NCBI GenBank assembly: GCA_049320885.1
Contig: JBMORA010000063.1
Location: forward strand, 1 to 64,000
Source: Thermodesulfobacteriota bacterium
GTDB taxonomy: Bacteria; Desulfobacterota; Desulfobacteria; Desulfobacterales; SURF-7
DNA: 64,000 nt
Direction: 5' to 3'
Shown here: positions 1 to 8,402 of the stretch, in pieces
How the letters are laid out: every line of letters starts with the position of its first letter
Position numbering within the stretch: position 1 is the stretch's first letter
Translations under genes and position numbers: made by a program
Notes under the pieces: generated by a model
Seen by the model: the letters and a program-made list of their open reading frames with translations, nothing else
The model's database searches: none
Told to the model about the DNA's origin: nothing

Positions 1-103
1 AGTTAGGTGTTTTTTGCGAAAAAACAGCGGCAGCCTTCTTCGATGCCATCATAAATACCGCGTTGCAGTGCCTTGGCTTGTCAAAGAACAAATTGGCGAT
101 CGC

Positions 104-175
104 TTAAATCGATCCCGAAAGTTGAGTTACAAGGAAATCGCGTTCGTCGTCGACGATGATGATCCGGTTGCTCAT
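104..175 (-). pseudogene. Truncated response regulator receiver-domain N-terminus
   Basis: Manual translation MSNRIIIVDDERDFL-VTQLSGSI*. It has the classic receiver beta1 plus DD acidic pocket, an AAGAAAGG RBS, and lies just downstream of a histidine kinase. Similarity stops at about position 130. Confidence 0.6.
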
Positions 176-270
176 TTCCCAGCCTTTCTTGCCTGAAATA
201 CGGATACGGTCTATCCGACGCGTTTGTTTTTTCCGATGGGACAAGCTTGCCTTTCCTGGTTCCTTCCGCC

Positions 271-3180
271 CTATCCCCGCTTTTTCTTCCTTCGTTCCAT
301 ATCGGGAATGATCACTCGAAACGCACTGAATTCTCCGGGTTTCGCCTCCACTTCAATGCGTCCCCCCAACCCCGCCACCAGGTTATGGCAAACGTAAAGT
401 CCCAATCCCGTTCCCTCCGTCATCGGCTTTGTGGAATAAAAAGGATCGAAAATTTTCGAGAGATTGTTTTCACTGATCCCGCAACCATTGTCCCGCACTT
501 CGATAATGGCATGATCCAGCCAGGTGCCACCGATGGAGGCGCTCAACCGTATCCAGGAATCCTCCTTGTCCATCGCCTGGGTCGCATTGATCAGGAGATT
601 GATGAGAATCTGTTCCAGGGCGATGGGGTCGGTATGGATCCGCGGGAAATTGTCCGGGATCTCCACCGAAAATGATTTTACCGTTTTCTTGACCTTGGCC
701 CGACAGATGGAAACGGCTTTTTCGGCCACCGCCGGCAGGTCAATCCAGTTCTGGTTGGTATTGAATTTGGTTCGGGAAAAATCCTTCAGATTGGAAACAA
801 AGGCATGGATTCTTTCCGAACCGTGTTGAATGTTGTCAATCAGCATCGATAAATCGTTGCGGAATTCCGCATACGGCATGTTGCATATTTCCAGTCCTGG
901 CTGAATACCGCCTTGTCTCTCGATCAGGCCGATCAATTGTTCTGCATATTCCTTCAAGATCGGGATATTAAATGCGATAAACGCATTGGGATTGTTGATT
1001 TCATGGGCCACACTGGAAACCAACACACCCAGGGAGGCCATTTTCTCATTCTGGATCAAACGTTTTTCGAACATTTTTTTTTCAGTGACATCGGTGATGC
1101 GGTAGATGATCTCCGCCGGTTCTCCCTTTGCGTTGCGCAGCGGATATAGAAAAACCTTTTCCTCCCGCCGGGGATCCCGAAAGCCTTTGCGTTCGAACTG
1201 GATATCCTCAGTGTTTGAAAACGCCGACGAAATCCTGCAGCCCCTGCACAGATTCGGGCTGCTTTTAAACGCCTGGTGGCAGAACTCACCGACACCCACC
1301 CGCGTTCCGGTCATGCCGAAATAATCGACGGCGCTCTTGTTCAGCAGTTTGACCCTCATCTCCCTGTCCAGCAACACCAGCGGATCCGAGATGCCGTCAA
1401 AAACCTTCTGCAGCATGTCCTTGCTTTCCAAAAGACGCGCTTCGGCTTCCTGACGTTCCTCGATCTCCCGCAAGAGCTGCTGATTGGAAAGGGTCAGTTC
1501 CCGGGTCCGCTCCCGTACCCGATTTTCCAGTTCATCATGAGCTTTTTTTCTTTTTTCCTCCATTTCCTTCAATTCGGTAATGAGATCGAATACAATGACA
1601 AAGTGATCGTGGACCGGACTGTATACGGAAACCGAAAACCAATTTTTCAGGGATTCGACGAACATTTCGAACCGCTCGGGATGACCGGTACGAACGACGC
1701 GGCCGTAAATTTCAAAAAGTCGCGGGTCGGTCTCCCGTATGCCCGGAATCACTTCCGTGACCTTTTTACCCACAACCCCCGTCAACCCGGTGAGGGTGCC
1801 AAAGGCCTCATTGACCGATAAAAAGATGAAGTCATGCGGTTTATCGTCTGCATACACCATCCGGCAATAGGCAAACCCGTCCAGCATGTTCTCGAACAAA
1901 ACGCGATACAATTTCTCGCTTTCCTGCAAGGCCTCCGCGGCGCGCTTGCGGTCGGTTATATCCTGGGTGATCCCGAATCCACCAAGCAATTCCCCTTTCC
2001 CGTCGAATTCAAGATAGGCCTTTTCCCGCACCCAGCGGACATCTCCATCCCGGAGGATGCGGTGCTCGATGTCGTAGGGATCGCCGCGCAGGCCCGCCTT
2101 CCACCGGGTATCCACATATTCGCGATCATCGGGATGAACCCGCTCCAGAAAGGATTCATAGGTCAGCCGCTGTTCCTTCGGCAAGTCGAAGATGCGGTGG
2201 TTTTCTTCGGACCAGGTCAGCACATTGTTCAGCACATCCAGCCGCCAGCTGCCGATTTCGCCGACTTCCTGGGCGCGGGCGAAATCCTTCCGGCTTTGTT
2301 CCAGTTCTTTCAGCAGCCGGTTGTGATCGGTTACATCCCAGGTCACCACCAGGACCGACGACTCCTCGCCGTCTCCGCCCGGCAGGCGGTCGATCTGGTG
2401 GTCCCAGGCGATATCCGGCTTTCCCGGAATCAGCGCATGATACCCTCTGCCTTCCATGGAAACGCCGGTTTCGAGAACAGTCCGCAGCAGCGCTTCGGAA
2501 CCAGCGGCAGCAGCCTCGGGAAAGACCTCGCGATATGTCCTTCCGATCATCGGCATCGTGGGCCGCAATGCCTGATACGCCCGGTTAACCAGTGTGTACC
2601 GGAAATCGCGTCCTTCCATCACGGCAATGCAGGCCTGCGCCTGGTTCAGCAGCATCTCGAGGAATCGACGCTGCCGGAACTGACGTCGCTCGCTCTCCCG
2701 CAACTCATTCTCGGTTTTTTTGCGCTCGGTGATGTCCAGGTTGAGACCGGCCCAATTGGTGATATCTCCGTTTTCGCCCATGACCGGCCTTCCAATTGCC
2801 AGCACATTGCGGAACGAGCCGTCCCTGGACTTGAAGCGATGTTCTCTCTCGAATTCCGCGCCCGACCGGACACATTCCATCCAATGGTTTTTCGTGGCCT
2901 CCACATCCTCCGGCGGCAATAAATGCAGCCAGCCGAAACGCTGCACCTGGTCCATGGTCATACCCACCATATCCAGAAATGACCGGCTGGCATAGGTGCA
3001 ATATCCTGCCGCATCCGTGACCCATACGCCGTATGGAATCGTCTCGCCGATGGTGCGATAGATCCGTTCGCTTCGTTCTCTTTCCCGGGCTGTTTTTTCG
3101 GCTTTTTGGCGCCCCAGTTCAGCCAGTTCCAGTTCCCGGACTCTTTTTTCCAACTCTTCGTATGATGGTTTTTCAGACAT
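271..3180 (-). CDS. Multi-PAS/PAC sensor histidine kinase (NtrB-like)
   Basis: Several PAS/PAC repeats, H-box VAHEINNP, N-box EQILINLLINA, DNGCG and GTGLGL boxes. Start placed at MSEKPSYEELEKRVRELE (3180) rather than the track start 3279. Confidence 0.95.
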   Translation of the reverse strand: MSEKPSYEELEKRVRELELAELGRQKAEKTARERERSERIYRTIGETIPYGVWVTDAAGYCTYASRSFLDMVGMTMDQVQRFGWLHLLPPEDVEATKNHWMECVRSGAEFEREHRFKSRDGSFRNVLAIGRPVMGENGDITNWAGLNLDITERKKTENELRESERRQFRQRRFLEMLLNQAQACIAVMEGRDFRYTLVNRAYQALRPTMPMIGRTYREVFPEAAAAGSEALLRTVLETGVSMEGRGYHALIPGKPDIAWDHQIDRLPGGDGEESSVLVVTWDVTDHNRLLKELEQSRKDFARAQEVGEIGSWRLDVLNNVLTWSEENHRIFDLPKEQRLTYESFLERVHPDDREYVDTRWKAGLRGDPYDIEHRILRDGDVRWVREKAYLEFDGKGELLGGFGITQDITDRKRAAEALQESEKLYRVLFENMLDGFAYCRMVYADDKPHDFIFLSVNEAFGTLTGLTGVVGKKVTEVIPGIRETDPRLFEIYGRVVRTGHPERFEMFVESLKNWFSVSVYSPVHDHFVIVFDLITELKEMEEKRKKAHDELENRVRERTRELTLSNQQLLREIEERQEAEARLLESKDMLQKVFDGISDPLVLLDREMRVKLLNKSAVDYFGMTGTRVGVGEFCHQAFKSSPNLCRGCRISSAFSNTEDIQFERKGFRDPRREEKVFLYPLRNAKGEPAEIIYRITDVTEKKMFEKRLIQNEKMASLGVLVSSVAHEINNPNAFIAFNIPILKEYAEQLIGLIERQGGIQPGLEICNMPYAEFRNDLSMLIDNIQHGSERIHAFVSNLKDFSRTKFNTNQNWIDLPAVAEKAVSICRAKVKKTVKSFSVEIPDNFPRIHTDPIALEQILINLLINATQAMDKEDSWIRLSASIGGTWLDHAIIEVRDNGCGISENNLSKIFDPFYSTKPMTEGTGLGLYVCHNLVAGLGGRIEVEAKPGEFSAFRVIIPDMERRKKKRG

Positions 3181-3596
3181 GCCGGCACCCGATGAAAAAG
3201 GATCACTTCCGGAAGGAGGTGAGCTGTCAGGACGTCTTCTTGCCGCATTTCGATGGCTTCTTTTTACCAATATCGCCATTCCATTGTCAATTTTTTTGGG
3301 AACCGACGCCGTTCACCACGGGTACAAGACCGACCGCTCTTGGCAAGAAAAAAATTCGATCCAACATGTATCCCAGATCGTCGGGTTTTAAGGGGGGACG
3401 AATGAAGGCGCTGAATACGGTACGGTGACCCGCAACAGCCATTGCATTTCATTTCATCATGCTTACGGTAAGGGGAAACAATATACCGTATCTCATTTTC
3501 AGATAATTCAGCGAATCTTGAAACGGGACAACTGGACTGCGTTCCCATGAAAGACGTTCCGGTTATTGGAGACCTCGTCCATATGGAGGTGACCTT

Positions 3597-4199
3597 ATGG
3601 CTTTCACACTTGAAAAACTACCGTATGCATATAATGCCCTGGAACCGTTCATCGATGCCAGGACAATGGAAATCCATCACACCAAACATCATCAGACCTA
3701 TATCGACAAACTGAATGCGGCCTTGGCCTCTCACCCGGAATTGCAATCCTTCCGGGCAGAGGAGTTAATCCGGACCCTTGACAAGATTCCGGACAATATC
3801 CGGACCGCCGTGAGAAATCATGGCGGCGGTCACGCCAACCATTCTTTCTTTTGGTCGATCTTGAAAAAGGAAACCGCCTTTAAGGGCGAAATCGCCGATG
3901 CCATATGCGCGGGATTTGGCGGTTATCAACAATTCAAGGAGTCGTTTTCCTCTGCGGCGACATCGCTTTTCGGCAGCGGCTGGACATGGCTGGTATCGGA
4001 TGGCGGCGTTCTGAAAATCATGACCACCCCCAATCAGGACAATCCCATCAGTCAGGGGAAATATCCCCTGATCGGCCTGGATGTCTGGGAACATGCCTAT
4101 TATCTCAAATATCAGAACAGGCGGCCTGAATACGTAGATGCGTTCTTCAACATCATCAACTGGGAAACGATCAACGATTATTATCGCGCGATCCGATAA
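3597..4199 (+). CDS. sodA: Superoxide dismutase, Fe/Mn family (Mn-type signature)
   Basis: [15 protein letters not shown] and DVWEHAYY motifs; GGAGG RBS. Confidence 0.95.
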   Translation: MAFTLEKLPYAYNALEPFIDARTMEIHHTKHHQTYIDKLNAALASHPELQSFRAEELIRTLDKIPDNIRTAVRNHGGGHANHSFFWSILKKETAFKGEIADAICAGFGGYQQFKESFSSAATSLFGSGWTWLVSDGGVLKIMTTPNQDNPISQGKYPLIGLDVWEHAYYLKYQNRRPEYVDAFFNIINWETINDYYRAIR

Positions 4200-4230
4200 T
4201 GATAGATCCTTGCCATGAAAGGATAGACCA

Positions 4231-4386
4231 ATGAACGATAATCGAAAAAAACAAGAAAATGTCAACAGTGAAGAAATGCAGGAAACGGCTGATGCCGGAT
4301 CTTGCGAGTGTTATGCCGAGGACGACGACACCGAGTACCGGGAACTCTGCTTCGATCCTGAAGAGGATTGTTGCTGCTGTTGCTGA
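4231..4386 (+). CDS. 51-aa acidic Cys-rich microprotein ending in CCCCC (not in ORF track)
   Basis: GAAAGGA RBS at 4217-4223. MNDNRKKQENVNSEEMQETADAGSCECYAEDDDTEYRELCFDPEEDCCCCC*: 8 Cys, 17 D/E. Cys codons alternate TGT/TGC. Confidence 0.7.
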   Translation: MNDNRKKQENVNSEEMQETADAGSCECYAEDDDTEYRELCFDPEEDCCCCC

Positions 4387-4449
4387 TCGATATGGGCCGG
4401 CTGGGATTATCGCGCCTGCCCGTCATGATAATCGAAGGAGGTGATCGAT

Positions 4450-4626
4450 ATGAAACGTTCCAAAATCCAACCGGATCATCATTGCTGTTCCATTGAAAAG
4501 AAGCAGCTGATGAAAGAATTGAAAGCGTGTGACGAAACATTCGCCGGGCATGAGGCGCATCACCAATGCTACCGGGAGGCTGCCAGGAGAAGCGGCCGCC
4601 GCGGCAAAGCGTGTATGTACTCATAG
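4450..4626 (+). CDS. 58-aa Cys/His-rich microprotein
   Basis: Strong RBS GAAGGAGGTG before ATG 4450. MKRSKIQPDHHCCS...KACDE...GHEAHHQCY...KACMYS: 5 Cys, 5 His. Confidence 0.75.
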   Translation: MKRSKIQPDHHCCSIEKKQLMKELKACDETFAGHEAHHQCYREAARRSGRRGKACMYS

Positions 4627-4808
4627 CCGTCGGTGGTAAAAAGCTATATCAGGCTGTCGGGAAGTGGCGCACGGAATCGTTGATATTTCGTGCGCCTGCC
4701 CGGAGTCTTGGAATACAAACATAGACTCGACTTTACTTCCTGCGACTATTATAGCGATACTGCAAACGCATTCGCGGTTTTATCGTAACAACTTATATTA
4801 TTTTGATA

Positions 4809-4955
4809 TCAAACTCCCGTATCGGACTGGCATTTTTCTTTACAGACGCGATATGCTTCGACACAACCGCTGAATTTACGGCTCGTGCATTCAAAAAACG
4901 CGTCATCGCATTTTGTTCGGCATTCTGGTTTCTGAAGGATTTGATCGTTTTTCAT
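4809..4955 (-). CDS. 48-aa six-cysteine microprotein, CX3CX6C-X7-CX6CX3C (not in ORF track)
   Basis: Strong RBS GGGAGGTGA 5 nt before ATG. MKNDQILQKPECRTKCDDAFFECTSRKFSGCVEAYRVCKEKCQSDTGV*; the Cys spacing is mirror-symmetric. Confidence 0.75.
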   Translation of the reverse strand: MKNDQILQKPECRTKCDDAFFECTSRKFSGCVEAYRVCKEKCQSDTGV

Positions 4956-5134
4956 TAGAATCACCTCCCTTTCTGCTGGCTCAGGTTTTCGTTACCATCT
5001 TTCCTCCTTCTACAGGCGAATATAGGCATCCTCAACCGATGGGCAAGTTTTGAATTGCTTTTCAACAAGCAAAATTTGGCGGATTTGCATGCCATTGGCG
5101 ATTATTGAATTGGGAGTTTTGGCGATGCTGCCCG

Positions 5135-5320
5135 GAAGCGATCCGGCTTGACCCGCGCCAGCGGACCTTTTATATCAACCTGGGAGAAATCCTGCGGAAT
5201 CAGGGAAAGCGGCAGGAAGCGATAGCCAATTACGAGCAGGCCCTGCGGCTCATACCCAATGACCGGGAAATTATCAGCCGGTTGCAGGAGCTGCGGATTT
5301 CGCCGGTTTCCTCACGGTAG
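5135..5320 (+). pseudogene. C-terminal fragment of a TPR protein
   Basis: EAIRLDP...FYINLGEILRNQGKRQEAIANYEQALRLIPND is a TPR consensus. There is no credible start or RBS upstream. Confidence 0.55.
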
Positions 5321-5378
5321 GCATCCGAAATGCGGTTATGACGGCAAGCAACCATCGGCCCTCTTGCTCATCGGGCTA

Positions 5379-6146
5379 CTATTCATAACGGTCTTCCGGT
5401 TTTTCATTTTCGGTCTTGTCATTCGGCTCTATCCGAATCGTCACCCGCCGGTTTTTGGCCCTTGCCTCATTGGTGTCATTCGGGCCCACCGGCCGCTGGT
5501 CGGCATAGCCGACGGCCATGAGCCGGCCGGGAGCCACCCCGTTTTCAATGAACAGTCTCACCACGCTGCTGGCCCTGGCCGATGACAGTTCCCAATTGGA
5601 TGGATAAACAGTGGAGCTGATGGGAATATTGTCGGTGTGACCCTCCACCATCACCATATCGGGAACCGTCGCCACCACGTAGGCCACTGCCTTCAACACC
5701 TCCACCGGCTTTTCTCCCAATTCGGCCTGTCCCGGCTGAAACAAAACGCCGGCATTGATTTCCACGCAGACACCCAAGCGGCTTTGGGTCACCGTTACCT
5801 GACCTTCCTGTATCAAGGGTTCCATCACCTTGAGGATATCGTTGGCGATTCCCCGCATTTTTTCTTCCTGGGCCGGATCACCCTGATCCGACGGCACTTG
5901 CACGGCGACCACGGGGATCCCGGTCGTCACGGTTTGATCTGCGGATTGAATGGACACCGGCTGGCCGGGAGTACTTTGAAACGCCTCGATGAGGGCCGCG
6001 CTCAATGTTTTGTATTTTCCCTCGTTCACGGAGGAAATGGCGTACATGACCACAAAGAAAGCAAACAGGAGGGTAATGAAATCGGCATAGGAAACCAGCC
6101 AGCGTTCATGGTTCTCATGCTCTTCGGGTTTTTTCCGGCGCATCAT
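5379..6146 (-). CDS. motB: Flagellar stator protein MotB/MotD
   Basis: ERWLVSYADFITLL (proton-binding Asp) plus OmpA-like domain EGHTDN...NWELSSARA...NRRV. Start at MMRRKK. Confidence 0.93.
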   Translation of the reverse strand: MMRRKKPEEHENHERWLVSYADFITLLFAFFVVMYAISSVNEGKYKTLSAALIEAFQSTPGQPVSIQSADQTVTTGIPVVAVQVPSDQGDPAQEEKMRGIANDILKVMEPLIQEGQVTVTQSRLGVCVEINAGVLFQPGQAELGEKPVEVLKAVAYVVATVPDMVMVEGHTDNIPISSTVYPSNWELSSARASSVVRLFIENGVAPGRLMAVGYADQRPVGPNDTNEARAKNRRVTIRIEPNDKTENEKPEDRYE

Positions 6147-6229
6147 CCAGGTTCTCCGTCCCGGCGAAGCGGAAAAGTCGAAAGCAACCTTCCGCCATGG
6201 TGGCTGCATTCGACGGCCCGCCGGCTGAT

Positions 6230-6985
6230 TTACGCGATATAGGCCTGCAATCTGGTTTCGATGTTCCGCGGATTTTCACCATTGGCAATGGCGCACAACC
6301 CCTCGATCATCATCTCCCGAATGGTCACCTGCCGGGCGATGATATTCTTCAATTTGTTGGCCATGGGGAGGAATACCAGGTTCGCCGATCCGACGCCGTA
6401 TATCGTGGCGACAAAGGCCACGGCAATACCGCCGCCCAATTTGGACGGGTCGGACAGATTTTCCATCACGTGAATCAGGCCCATCACGGCGCCCAGGATG
6501 CCGATGGTGGGGGCATAGCCTCCCGCCCCCTCCCATACCTTGGCCGCCTGGCGTTGATATTCTTCATAACTGCTGATTTCGGTTTCCAGTTCCTCGCGGA
6601 TTTTTTGGGGCTCGAACCCGTCCACCAGCATCTGCAGGCCCTTGCGTTGAAACGGATCACCCAGCCTTTCGATGGCCGGCTCCAGCCCGAGGATTCCGAC
6701 CTTGCGGGAAGTCTGGCTCCAGTCGACCACCTCGCGTATCAGTGCATGCGGATCCTCATGGGGCGGCATGAACACCCATTTGATCAAGCGCAATCCTTGC
6801 ATAAAAGCCGGCGATGTGGTTTGCAGCATGATGGCGCCCATGGTGCCGCCGATGACGATAAAAAAGGCGGTCAATTGCATCAACGATTGGGCCTTGCCGC
6901 CCTCGAGGATCTGGCCGCCCAATATGGCGCCGACGGCCACCGCCAAGCCCACGATGCTGATAAAATCGATTCGATTGCGTTTCAT
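6230..6985 (-). CDS. motA: Flagellar stator protein MotA/MotC
   Basis: Four TM segments, GILGLE, YAPTIGILGAVMGLI, VAFVATIYG, GENPR. Confidence 0.93.
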   Translation of the reverse strand: MKRNRIDFISIVGLAVAVGAILGGQILEGGKAQSLMQLTAFFIVIGGTMGAIMLQTTSPAFMQGLRLIKWVFMPPHEDPHALIREVVDWSQTSRKVGILGLEPAIERLGDPFQRKGLQMLVDGFEPQKIREELETEISSYEEYQRQAAKVWEGAGGYAPTIGILGAVMGLIHVMENLSDPSKLGGGIAVAFVATIYGVGSANLVFLPMANKLKNIIARQVTIREMMIEGLCAIANGENPRNIETRLQAYIA

Positions 6986-7091
6986 TTGATTGTTGGTTCT
7001 TCCGGTGGTTGCACGATTTGTTCACTATAAAATAGATGGGGAAAAATTACAAAAGAATAAAGCGGAGCCGGTTGCATGGAGCGGCCATCGA

Positions 7092-7937
7092 CTACCGCTT
7101 GTCTCGTGACGTCACTTCTCCCGGCAGGGCCTTCAGCGGTCCGGATGAAAAGGCCTTTGCGCTCCCGAACTCCGTGAGATGGCGGATGCGTTCGGCAACC
7201 TCCGGATGAGACGTAAAATACTGGCCGAAAAGTTCCGGGTCCTCGGCTTCCCGGATTTTTTCAAAAAAAACGGTGGCGCCCCCCATATGCCCGTAGAAAC
7301 AATTCACGGCCGACAAGGCGAATTCATCCGCCCGCGTCTCCTGAATCCGGGAGAATCCCATTTCGGTGATGCCGATTGACCGGGCCAGGAATTCGCCGGC
7401 AGTGCTGTCAGAGCCGAAAACCAGCGCCGTCAGGGCCATGAAGGCCAAACCTCGACCCATGGCTCGCAGGTGATCCCGATGCTGAAAATGTCCAAGTTCA
7501 TGCGATAATACAAAGGCCAACTCATTTTCAGAGGACATTTTTTCCAGCAGCCCGGAGAAAACGACGACGGTGCCGCCGGGAAGCGCCACGGCATTGACCG
7601 TTTCATTTTCGGTGACAACCACCCGGATGTCATAGGGCAGGGCCGCGCAGCGCGCCCTCAGTCCATCCGCCAGCGCCTGGAGATATTTCGCCCGACTGGT
7701 GGTCTTTTCCGCCGTATCCGCCAGTTGGGAAAAAAAACCGGCGATCCGCCGTTCCGTCTCCATGGACATGCGTGGTACGAGAAAATCCACCAGGAGTCCG
7801 AGACCGATGTAGAGCGCCAGGATCCCGCCCAGCAGACCGCCCAGCAGGATGCCGAGTTCCTTCATCGGCGATTCGGGCGACAGGTTGTCATTCCTTCCGG
7901 GCAACTTGGGCGTATACGGTACCGGGTTCATGGTCAT
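7092..7937 (-). CDS. M48 family zinc metallopeptidase
   Basis: NAVALPGG, HELGH, ETRAD and SHP motifs; N-terminal TM. Confidence 0.92.
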   Translation of the reverse strand: MTMNPVPYTPKLPGRNDNLSPESPMKELGILLGGLLGGILALYIGLGLLVDFLVPRMSMETERRIAGFFSQLADTAEKTTSRAKYLQALADGLRARCAALPYDIRVVVTENETVNAVALPGGTVVVFSGLLEKMSSENELAFVLSHELGHFQHRDHLRAMGRGLAFMALTALVFGSDSTAGEFLARSIGITEMGFSRIQETRADEFALSAVNCFYGHMGGATVFFEKIREAEDPELFGQYFTSHPEVAERIRHLTEFGSAKAFSSGPLKALPGEVTSRDKR

Positions 7938-7946
7938 CCATGCGCA

Positions 7947-8393
7947 TTACTGGAGAGTCAGGGCCGTACCATAGGCCAGCACCTCGACACAGGTGGATTT
8001 TTGCTTGCGGCCGCTCTGCCCGATGGTGGAAGTCTCAAGCCGGACATTTACGATGATGGCGGCGTCTCCCGCCGCTTCTTTCATTCGCAGGATCGCCTCC
8101 CTCCGGGCTCTGTCGATCAGGCTTTCATAGGATCGCACATTGCCGCCGAAAATATTGCGCAACCCCGCCAGAAACTGCTTGAAATAGTCGACGGCGATCA
8201 CGGCGCTGCCCGAAACGAGCTCAGCCTTCCGCACGGCGCTTTCATCGATCACCGTTTTCCAGAACGTCACGGCCGGCATTCGCAAAAAGGCCTGCTCGCG
8301 CGCTTCAATGGATTTATAATGCTTCCGCTCCGCCATGGTGCCGGCTGTGTAACCGACGGCCATCAGAATCAGAAAAATAATCAGCTGTTCCAT
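7947..8393 (-). CDS. YbjQ/UPF0145-family protein with N-terminal TM
   Basis: GLRNIFGGNVRSYESLIDRARREAILRM...YGTA. Confidence 0.88.
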   Translation of the reverse strand: MEQLIIFLILMAVGYTAGTMAERKHYKSIEAREQAFLRMPAVTFWKTVIDESAVRKAELVSGSAVIAVDYFKQFLAGLRNIFGGNVRSYESLIDRARREAILRMKEAAGDAAIIVNVRLETSTIGQSGRKQKSTCVEVLAYGTALTLQ

Positions 8394-8402
8394 TCCGCCT
8401 CC

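Noticed and set aside
4809..4955. SCIFF/ranthipeptide precursor
   Set aside because: The size and Cys count are similar, but the spacing differs and there is no radical-SAM maturase in the window.
5078..5094. sigma54 promoter for the 48-aa ORF (TGGCATGCAAATCCGC, minus strand)
   Set aside because: The GG to GC spacing is 11 nt rather than the required 10, and TTGC is absent.
5379..6985. Zorya (ZorA/ZorB) anti-phage system
   Set aside because: The MotA-like protein is 251 aa with no long cytoplasmic tail, the motifs are flagellar-type, and there are no zorC/D/E neighbours.
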